Below are positions 26,066 to 32,000 of a stretch of 32,000 nucleotides of DNA, one piece after another. This stretch comes from Halomicrobium mukohataei DSM 12286. GTDB taxonomy: Archaea > Halobacteriota > Halobacteria > Halobacteriales > Haloarculaceae. The position numbers and the translations under genes were made by a program. The notes under the pieces were generated by a model that was given only the letters and a program-made list of their open reading frames with translations, did no database searches and had not been told where the DNA came from. The stretch's first letter is position 1, and each line of letters opens with the position of its first letter. The stretch lies in contig NC_013202.1 in NCBI RefSeq assembly GCF_000023965.1, forward strand, positions 900,001 to 932,000, in the 5' to 3' direction.

Positions 26066-26096
26066 TCCCACCGTGCCCGTCCCGAAACTGTCGGTT
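26066..26096. repeat. attR: second copy of the 31-nt att repeat
   Basis: tcccaccgtgcccgtcccgaaacTgtcggtt gives 30/31 identity to 12577-12607. Confidence 0.85.
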
Positions 26097-26105
26097 GCTT
26101 ACTCT

Positions 26106-26210
26106 TCTCGGCATACCAACTCGAACAACTCTGTAAACGACTCTGACGGGGATAACCCACCGAAAATCGGTTCGGAGTTACCGACTCGCTACGAGCGCGT
26201 TTCAGAGTGA
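26106..26210 (+). pseudogene. Truncated ghost of the Rep-like ORF 5' region (copy 2 of the 103-nt repeat)
   Basis: Translates as SRHTNSNNSVNDSDGDNPPKIGSELPTRYERVSE*, versus SRHTNLNNSVNDSDGGNSPKIGSELPTPYERVSEF... in the intact ORF. Homology starts exactly at TCTCGGC, 10 nt after attR, and ends at a TGA. Confidence 0.7.
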
Positions 26211-26422
26211 TTGCTTTCGTGAGGATGCTCAGTAGCTTTTTATTGCCGTACTTGAGAAAGTGTGCGAGTCGCTCTCTGTATTCAGCACAACTGTTGGCTC
26301 CTGTTATCGTTTGAAGAATCCAATAAGGCCGCTACTACTGAATTTTGATCCTGGAATCCAAGCTAGCTTGTTTTAATCCAAAAAGCAGCGCTAGAATTTG
26401 AGATGCCGCTTCGACCGCGATG

Positions 26423-26608
26423 TCACGAGACGTAGTTCAAATACGACACCACGAGTGTCGGCACTCCCACAGCGACTGCTGTCGAGATGGCGACTCTGAT
26501 GTTGCTTGGGACCGTCGTGAACCTGTTCATGACGTATAGGAGTGCAAGTGCTATCAATACGAAGATCAAATACACTCCGACCGTTCGGCCGAGGGACGCG
26601 CTATTCAT
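26423..26608 (-). CDS. Small two-TM membrane protein (61 aa) downstream of the halocin-like gene
   Basis: MNSASLGRTVGVYLIFVLIALALLYVMNRF...AISTAVAVGVPTLVVSYLNY has two hydrophobic helices. Same strand as the upstream gene, starting 19 nt after its stop. An oligo-T run on the minus strand (26380-26384) follows. Confidence 0.5.
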   Translation of the reverse strand: MNSASLGRTVGVYLIFVLIALALLYVMNRFTTVPSNIRVAISTAVAVGVPTLVVSYLNYVS

Positions 26609-26626
26609 AGGACGTAATTTATATTT

Positions 26627-27556
26627 TCAACATATGTTTATACGCCGGTCGGAACATATCTTTTTGTCTACTCCTCTGGTGGTGCATCCATAGACTGCGA
26701 TCAGCGTACAGACCACAGCAATGAACGCCCCACAGGCGAATCCACCGATGCCTGCAGAACCGACGCCGATCAGACCGCACAAGAACCAGACCGGCGCCCC
26801 ACACGTAGCGAAGCAGATCGCGTTAACAGCGGTCTTGCAGAGATCACAGGTGTAGCCTTGAGTTGAGACGCCACTGTCGGACGAGTCAACTCCAGCATTG
26901 ATTCTGTCGAAATCCTCGTTCGTGACCGTGGCGGTTGTAACTTCTTCGCCGGTCGCGTCAACTAACTTGATCTCCTTAGAGACGGTAGCGGTTTTTCCTT
27001 CGACTTCGTCGAACTGGATCGGATACTCTTCGGGGGTGGTCATTCCCCTATCGACTACTTCGGCACCGGCGACGATGACTTCCTCGGTTTCTGCGTCGAT
27101 ACCGATTGTCGCATAGGCCTCATCACCCGACGTACCCTTGATTGGCGAATACGCGAAGTGCTTGGTTGTTTTCCGACCCGCTGCATCTTCCCCGCTGACT
27201 TCGAGGACTGTCGCATGTGCAACGCTAAATCGAACTTTTCCATCCAACTCGTCAGTTACATGCTTACGCAGGCTTCGAAACTCGTCGGTCCGTTTGAGTC
27301 TACCGAGGACTTTCGCGGATTTCGGTGGTTCGAGCGTCGTCTTTTCAAATCCGGCCGGATTTGCCTGAGCGGCTCCGGTACCGGTGAGCATCCCCAAACT
27401 AGCAGCGCTACAGGCGATACCGCTCAGAACCTTACGACGATTTATACTTCCAGAACTAGAATTCTGGCCGGTGGACTCGGACTTCGCCGGGCCGTCTCTC
27501 CTCTTTCGGTCGTTCATCGTTTCGGGACCAAAACTGTCCTGGTTGGAGTTTCTCAT
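26627..27556 (-). CDS. Halocin C8-like precursor (Tat signal + N-terminal domain + C-terminal 10-Cys hydrophobic peptide)
   Basis: 'INRRKVLSGIACSAASLGMLTGTGAAQA' is a twin-arginine signal. The last 75 aa, 'YTCDLCKTAVNAICFATCGAPVWFLCGLIGVGSAGIGGFACGAFIAVVCTLIAVYGCTTRGVDKKICSDRRINIC', carry 10 Cys in a Gly/Ala-rich hydrophobic peptide. This matches my recollection of HalC8 architecture. The start is ambiguous: ATGs at 27577, 27556 and 27517. 27556 is chosen because a TATA-like tract at ~27576-27593 would give a leaderless mRNA. Confidence 0.7.
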   Translation of the reverse strand: MRNSNQDSFGPETMNDRKRRDGPAKSESTGQNSSSGSINRRKVLSGIACSAASLGMLTGTGAAQANPAGFEKTTLEPPKSAKVLGRLKRTDEFRSLRKHVTDELDGKVRFSVAHATVLEVSGEDAAGRKTTKHFAYSPIKGTSGDEAYATIGIDAETEEVIVAGAEVVDRGMTTPEEYPIQFDEVEGKTATVSKEIKLVDATGEEVTTATVTNEDFDRINAGVDSSDSGVSTQGYTCDLCKTAVNAICFATCGAPVWFLCGLIGVGSAGIGGFACGAFIAVVCTLIAVYGCTTRGVDKKICSDRRINIC

Positions 27557-27575
27557 CCGCAATATTACTTTTAGC

Positions 27576-27593
27576 ATATATATAAAAATTTTT
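27576..27593 (-). promoter_or_regulatory. TATA-like tract upstream of the halocin-like gene
   Basis: The minus strand reads 'aaaaatttttatatatatgc', ~25-30 nt upstream of the ATG at 27556. Confidence 0.35.
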
Positions 27594-27643
27594 GTCCTTG
27601 AGCAACGGTAGTGTTCTGATAAGAGAGAGTAACGTCATTCAGG

Positions 27644-27823
27644 CACGGAAAGCCCTGGCCCGCTATAGTAACAATTGAAATGATTTACACAGTGATCGCA
27701 CTGCCGTCGTGCGGTCGGGTGTGCATTGATTTTCAATGGCTACTATAGCCCGATCTGTGGCGGATATTCTCTCTCCGCTCGAATAGTGCCGCCACAAATC
27801 GAGCGACGCGAGGGCTTTCGGTG
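27644..27823. other. ~180-nt nested inverted-repeat element (candidate structured RNA or MITE-like remnant)
   Basis: Three complementary pairs were read by hand. Outer: cacggaaagccctgg (27644-27658) with cgagggctttcggtg (27809-27823), 13/15. Inner B: gctatagtaacaattgaaa (27662-27680) with tttcaatggctactatagc (27731-27749), 17/19. Inner C: gatctgtggcgg (27752-27763) with ccgccacaaatc (27789-27800), 11/12. Confidence 0.4.
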
Positions 27824-27913
27824 TCTGTAACTCAGCAAGCGCGGTCGCTTATCTGAACACTACCCTCGGTGCAGGGAGAACCGTTTTTACCGAGGTCGAT
27901 AAGACTGGAGTAG

Positions 27914-29548
27914 ATGGACTCCTGGAAGCGACGGACTGCGCTGTACGTCGTCGGGCTGATCGGCGTCATGCTGGGCTTTACGCTCGTCTACGACTACGGC
28001 ATGAGCGCGTTCGACGGTCGGCCACGGACGTTTCTGGAGGCTCTCCAGGTCGTCGTCGAGACGTTCACGACGACGGGGTACGGGTCAGACGCCAAGTGGG
28101 AGAGCCCCGAGATGCTCCTGCTCGTGACGGTGATGGACCTCACCGGCGTCGTCCTGATCTTTCTGGCGCTCCCGGCGCTGCTCTTTCCGCTGTTCGAGGA
28201 GGCCATCTCGACGAACGTCCCGACGACCGTCAAGAACGACATCGAGGACCACGTCGTCATCTGTCGCTACACGCCCCGCGGGGAGACGCTCGTCGGCGAA
28301 CTCGACGCCTGGGGAGTCGATCACGTCGTCGTCGAGTCCGACCGCGAGCGGGCGACGGACCTCTACGAGGACGGCCACCGCGTCATCCACGCGGACCCAC
28401 AGTCGGTCGAGGGGCTACGGAACGCGGGGCTGGCAGACGCCCGCGCGCTGGTCGCCGACGCCGCGGACGAAGTGAACACGAGTATCGTCCTCACCGCCCG
28501 CGAGGTCGACGACAGCGTCTCGACGGTCAGCGTCGTCGAGGAGCCAGACCGGGAGCGCTACCACGACCTCGCCGGGGCAGACCACGTCGTGTCGCCGCGT
28601 CGGCTGCTGGGCGAGAGCCTCGCCGGGAAGGTGACGACGAGCGTCTCGACGGCCGTCGGCGACACGATCGAGATCGGGCAGGACTTCGACATCGCGGAGC
28701 TGCCGATCCACCGCGGCAGCGATCTCGTCGGCCGCACGCTGGCCGACAGCAAGATCCGCGAGGAGTCCGGCGTCAACGTCATCGGGGCGTGGTTCCAGGG
28801 CGAGTTCGAGAGCCCGCCCTCGCCGGAGGCGATCCTCGACAACGGCACGGTGTTGCTCGTGGCCGGCCGCGAGGAACAGCTCCAGCGACTCAAGGACATG
28901 ACGCTGTCGAGCGTCCGCCAGTTCGGCCACGGCGAGACCGTCGTCGTCGGCTACGGCGAAGTCGGACGGACCACGGCACGGGCCCTCGACCGGGCGGGGA
29001 TCGACTACACCGTCCTCGACCACGAAGACAAGCCCGGCGTCGACGTGGTCGGGGACGCGACCGAACCGGACGAACTCCGGGCCGCCGGCATCGCGGACGC
29101 TCGCACCGTCGTGCTCGCGCTGTCCGACGACACCGACACCGAGTTCGCCACGCTCGTGGTCGGCGACCTCAACCCGGACGTGGAGATCATCGCCCGTGCC
29201 GAACAGACCGAGAACGTCCAGAAGATGTACCGCGCGGGTGCGGACTACGTCCTCTCGCTGGCGACGATCAGCGGCCGGATGCTCGCCTCGACGATCCTGG
29301 CCGACGAACAGGTGATCTCGATGGACGAGCAAGTCGAGATCGTCCGCACCGCGGCCGACAAACTCGCCGGACAGACGCTCGGACAGGCGCGCGTCCGGGC
29401 TCGGACGGGCTGTACTGTCGTCGCGGTCGAACGCAACGGCGACGTGATCACCGACGTTGGCCCGGACGTACACGTGGCGGAGGGCGACGACCTCGTCGTC
29501 GCCGGTACCGACGACAGCGTCGACCGGTTCCGCGCCATCTTCGACTGA
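27914..29548 (+). CDS. Potassium channel protein with tandem RCK (TrkA-N/TrkA-C) domains
   Basis: Two TM helices flank the pore 'VVETFTTTGYGSD' (TxGYG selectivity filter). Two Rossmann-type RCK-N domains follow ('HVVICRYTPRGE', 'VVVGYGEVGRTTA'), each followed by a TrkA-C-like domain ('IAELPIHRGSDLVGRTLAD', 'AADKLAGQTLGQ'). Confidence 0.9.
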   Translation: MDSWKRRTALYVVGLIGVMLGFTLVYDYGMSAFDGRPRTFLEALQVVVETFTTTGYGSDAKWESPEMLLLVTVMDLTGVVLIFLALPALLFPLFEEAISTNVPTTVKNDIEDHVVICRYTPRGETLVGELDAWGVDHVVVESDRERATDLYEDGHRVIHADPQSVEGLRNAGLADARALVADAADEVNTSIVLTAREVDDSVSTVSVVEEPDRERYHDLAGADHVVSPRRLLGESLAGKVTTSVSTAVGDTIEIGQDFDIAELPIHRGSDLVGRTLADSKIREESGVNVIGAWFQGEFESPPSPEAILDNGTVLLVAGREEQLQRLKDMTLSSVRQFGHGETVVVGYGEVGRTTARALDRAGIDYTVLDHEDKPGVDVVGDATEPDELRAAGIADARTVVLALSDDTDTEFATLVVGDLNPDVEIIARAEQTENVQKMYRAGADYVLSLATISGRMLASTILADEQVISMDEQVEIVRTAADKLAGQTLGQARVRARTGCTVVAVERNGDVITDVGPDVHVAEGDDLVVAGTDDSVDRFRAIFD

Positions 29549-29627
29549 TACTGCCGGCTGTAACTGTTTCAAGGTATTCGCGACAAGGGGGTCGCGAAAT
29601 TCTATACAGACTTACAGCCGGCAGTAT
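29548..29627 (+). terminator. 80-nt extended hairpin starting at the K+ channel stop codon (perfect 16-bp outer stem + 8-bp inner stem)
   Basis: atactgccggctgtaa (29548-29563) is the exact reverse complement of ttacagccggcagtat (29612-29627). The inner pair is ttcgcgac (29577-29584) with gtcgcgaa (29591-29598), loop aagggg. Function (terminator, RNA or protein-binding palindrome) is not established. Confidence 0.35.
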
Positions 29628-29750
29628 GATACGGAGCGTGCGGTGTCCCGGTGAGCTGACGGCTGCAACCTCCGAGGCAGGGAGATTTCACCACTTCGAG
29701 GGCGGTCGTTTCACAGCCCTTTCGGTCCCTGGTCGCGTGTCTGCCGACAG

Positions 29751-30029
29751 ATGCATCCCTCCCGTGTCGTCGCCCTGTGTTTCCTGGGGGTCAGTCTCCT
29801 CCTGGTCGCACAGCTCGGCCTCGTCTCCCCGTTCACGCTGACGTTGCCAACCGTCGTCCAGTTGCTCGGTGCCGCCATGCTCGTGCTGGGGAGCCTCTAC
29901 GGACTGGTGCGCTACGAGGAGAACCCGATCGTCACCGAGTACGGCCCGGAAGCGTACCTCCTGATCGGTGCGAGCCTGTTCCTGTTCGTGGCGCTGGCGC
30001 TGTCGATCGCGCTCTCGATCGGTGTGTGA
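29751..30029 (+). CDS. Small membrane protein (92 aa, 3 TM helices)
   Basis: MHPSRVVALCFLGVSLLLVAQLG..., LLGAAMLVLGSLYGLV, LLIGASLFLFVALALSIALSI. The antisense 326-aa ORF is Arg-rich and rejected. Confidence 0.55.
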   Translation: MHPSRVVALCFLGVSLLLVAQLGLVSPFTLTLPTVVQLLGAAMLVLGSLYGLVRYEENPIVTEYGPEAYLLIGASLFLFVALALSIALSIGV

Positions 30030-30113
30030 CCGGTCCAGACGCGCCCTCGGAGATCTCGTGAGCAGCGGCGAGTGGCCCCGACAGCTAAGGGCACGCCGGG
30101 CGAGGGATCGACC

Positions 30114-30506
30114 ATGACCGACTACCGCGCGAACTACGCGATGGTGTCCTTGCAGGAACAGCTGGGGCCGGACCCGAACGCGCTCGACGTACCGTGGGCG
30201 ACGTTCTCGGCCGACGAGAGCGACGTACACACCTTCGACGTGCCGACGGCCGATCCCGTCGAGCCGTACGTCCAGATGCAGGTCTACGACGTGGGCAGCT
30301 ACGACCACGAGCTGTTGATCAACGGCCAGGCGCTGTCTGGCTTCGACCTCCCGACGGGACAGGGCTGGCAGTACTGGATGGACACCGTCACGTCGGCACG
30401 CCTGCGCGAGGGCGAGAACACACTCCAGTTCCAGCGCGATACGACGACCGACGACAGCTTCGTCGTCGGGACGCTCACGGTCAACTGGAAGGAACCGGTC
30501 GATTAG
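30114..30506 (+). CDS. Hypothetical soluble protein (130 aa)
   Basis: Start placed at ATG 30114 (MTDYRANYAMVSLQEQ...); the track's 30072 is a GTG. Acidic, beta-rich-looking sequence ('ELLINGQALSGFDLP...ENTLQFQRD'). No family recognised. Confidence 0.55.
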   Translation: MTDYRANYAMVSLQEQLGPDPNALDVPWATFSADESDVHTFDVPTADPVEPYVQMQVYDVGSYDHELLINGQALSGFDLPTGQGWQYWMDTVTSARLREGENTLQFQRDTTTDDSFVVGTLTVNWKEPVD

Positions 30507-30646
30507 AGCATATAAAAGATGGGGGAGCTGGGGGCCTCCCCGTGGCAACACTTCCCACGATATTCGTGTCGTTCGGGCGTCGTCCCCCGGTTTCTGCTCT
30601 CCTGGTCGTCGATTCGGCAATCCCGCCGACGGGGCAAATCCCGTAC

Positions 30647-30655
30647 TTTTATATA
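30647..30655 (+). promoter_or_regulatory. TATA box (TTTTATATA) upstream of the thermosome gene
   Basis: Located ~28-36 nt upstream of the ATG at 30683. This is consistent with the short or absent leaders of haloarchaeal mRNAs. Confidence 0.45.
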
Positions 30656-30682
30656 GAAGCACATTCAATCAATCGAACGATT

Positions 30683-32000
30683 ATGAGCCAGCGACAAATG
30701 CAGGGTCAGCCGATGATCATTCTGGGAGAGGACTCCCAGCGGATGAAGGACAAGGACGCACAGAGCCACAACATCTCGGCGGCCCGCGCGGTCGCGGAGT
30801 CGGTCCGATCGACACTCGGCCCGAAGGGGATGGACAAGATGCTCGTCTCCTCGCTCGGTGACGTGACCGTCACGAACGACGGCGTCACTATCCTCACGGA
30901 GATGGACATCGACAACCCGACCGCCGAGATGATCGTGGAGGTCGCCGAGGCCCAGGAAGACGAGGCCGGCGACGGCACGACGACCGCCGTCTCCATCGCG
31001 GGCGAACTGCTGAAAAACGCCGAGGAGCTCCTCGAACAGGACATTCACCCGACGGCGATCATCAAGGGCTTCGACCTCGCGTCGACGGAAGCCAAGAACC
31101 AGATCGGCGAGATCGCCACGTCCGTCGATCCCGACGACGAGGAACTGCTCAAGAAGCTCGCCGAGACCTCGATGACGGGGAAGGGCGCGGAGCTCAACAA
31201 GGAGCTGCTCGCCCAGCTCATCGTCGACGCGGTCAACGCCGTCACCGTCGAGGCCGCGGACGGCTCGGTCATCGCCGACCTGGAGTTCCTCAACATCGAG
31301 ACCCAGACCGGTCGCGCGGTCTCGGACTCGGAGCTCATCGAGGGCGCGGTCGTCGACAAGGACCCGGTCCACGAGGAGATGCCGACCACCGTCGACGACG
31401 CCGACGTGCTCCTGCTCGACACGCCGATCGAGCTCGACGAGACCGAAGTCGACGCACAGCTCTCCGTCGACGACCCGAGCCAGCTCCAGAACTTCCTCGA
31501 CAAGGAAGAACAGCAGCTCGAAGAGATGGTCGACGCCATCGCCGCGACCGGCGCGAACGTCGTCTTCTGCCAGAAGGGCATCGACGACATGGCCCAGCAC
31601 TACCTCGCCAAGGAGGGCATCCTCGCCGTCCGACGGGCCAAGAAGTCCGACATCGAGTTCCTCCGAGAGGTGCTCGGCGCGAACATCGTCTCCGACGTAC
31701 ACAACGCCACCGCCGACGACCTCGGCCACGGCTCCGTCCGCCGGGACACCGAGGAAGAGCTCTTCTACGTCGAAGGCGCGGGCGAGGACGCACACGGCGT
31801 CACGCTCCTCCTGCGTGCCTCCACCGACCACGTCGTCGACGAACTCGAACGCGGCGTCCAGGACGCGCTCGACGTGGTCGCCTCGACCGTCGCGGACGGC
31901 CAGATCCTCGCCGGTGGCGGCGCACCCGAGGTCGAACTCGCCAGCCGCCTGCGAGACTACGCGGACGGCGTCGAAGGCCGCGAACAGCTGGCCGTCGAGG
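30683..32000 (+). CDS. ths: Thermosome (group II chaperonin) subunit, 3'-truncated by the window end
   Basis: Translated by hand from ATG 30683: [110 protein letters not shown]... It contains the TCP-1/thermosome signatures ([25 protein letters not shown]). It is absent from the ORF track because there is no stop before 32000. The antisense track ORFs 30665..31831 and others are shadows. Confidence 0.9.
   Translation, partial: MSQRQMQGQPMIILGEDSQRMKDKDAQSHNISAARAVAESVRSTLGPKGMDKMLVSSLGDVTVTNDGVTILTEMDIDNPTAEMIVEVAEAQEDEAGDGTTTAVSIAGELLKNAEELLEQDIHPTAIIKGFDLASTEAKNQIGEIATSVDPDDEELLKKLAETSMTGKGAELNKELLAQLIVDAVNAVTVEAADGSVIADLEFLNIETQTGRAVSDSELIEGAVVDKDPVHEEMPTTVDDADVLLLDTPIELDETEVDAQLSVDDPSQLQNFLDKEEQQLEEMVDAIAATGANVVFCQKGIDDMAQHYLAKEGILAVRRAKKSDIEFLREVLGANIVSDVHNATADDLGHGSVRRDTEEELFYVEGAGEDAHGVTLLLRASTDHVVDELERGVQDALDVVASTVADGQILAGGGAPEVELASRLRDYADGVEGREQLAVE

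Larger units (their letters stand above)
12577..26096 (+). mobile_element. Integrated pleolipovirus-like provirus (~13.5 kb) in tRNA-Arg(UCU)
   Basis: Bounded by att direct repeats, with a tyrosine integrase adjacent to attR. The gene order is that of pleolipoviruses: Rep-like ORF, small ORF, multi-TM protein, large signal-peptide/C-terminal-anchor glycoprotein, three small membrane/secreted ORFs, Walker NTPase. ATGA-type translational coupling links the genes. AT-rich cargo islets interrupt the element. Confidence 0.8.

Noticed and set aside
25752-26105. Upstream part of track ORF 25752..26210
   Set aside because: It overlaps the integrase gene out of frame and is Arg-rich. Only its last ~35 codons (the Rep ghost, 26106-26210) carry meaningful similarity.
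27511-27519. 'gtttcggga', the reverse complement of the att-core 9-mer 'tcccgaaac', inside the halocin-like gene
   Set aside because: It is only 9 nt, in inverted orientation, and inside a coding region. That is within chance expectation for a 32-kb window, so it is not taken as a third att site.
28096-29841. 581-aa plus-strand ORF overlapping the K+ channel gene in another frame
   Set aside because: Arg-rich, low-complexity translation. The frame starting at 27914 contains a TTTGYG pore and RCK domains, which explains the open frame as a GC artefact.
29688-31831. Minus-strand ORFs 29688..30668 and 30665..31831
   Set aside because: They are antisense to plausible small genes and to the unmistakable thermosome reading frame, and they are Arg/Asp/Val-rich shadows.

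Overview
High-GC haloarchaeal chromosome segment; the proteins are acidic and Tat/lipobox signals are common. There are three parts. (1) 1-12.4 kb is host DNA. It holds an MFS transporter and a minus-strand catabolic/uptake cluster: RidA, SDR, enolase-superfamily enzyme, two ABC permeases, a substrate-binding lipoprotein, a creatininase-family protein and an ABC ATPase. A divergent IclR regulator, a DUF373 membrane protein and a small acidic protein follow. (2) An intron-containing tRNA-Arg(UCU) at 12487-12590 is the integration site of a ~13.5 kb provirus (12577-26096), bounded by a 31-nt direct repeat with one mismatch. The element has pleolipovirus-like organisation: tiny Zn-ribbon ORFs, a 602-aa candidate HUH/rolling-circle Rep, then a tightly coupled membrane protein / spike glycoprotein / small membrane proteins / Walker NTPase module. 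It ends with an RHH regulator and a tyrosine integrase next to attR. It carries two clearly AT-rich cargo islets (a three-gene cassette with two exported proteins; a cytoplasmic trypsin-like protease), plus a PD-(D/E)xK-like nuclease with a duplicated C-terminal domain. (3) Beyond attR lie a 103-nt ghost copy of the Rep 5' region, which begins exactly at TCTCGGC, and an AT-rich islet encoding a halocin-C8-like Tat-exported, 10-cysteine precursor plus a small membrane protein. A nested inverted-repeat element follows. Host genes then resume: a TrkA/RCK K+ channel, two small proteins, and a 5'-partial-window thermosome subunit that is absent from the ORF track. Many long Arg/Pro-rich ORFs in the track are antisense shadow ORFs typical of high-GC DNA. 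All family assignments rest on motif recognition by eye; no searches were run.
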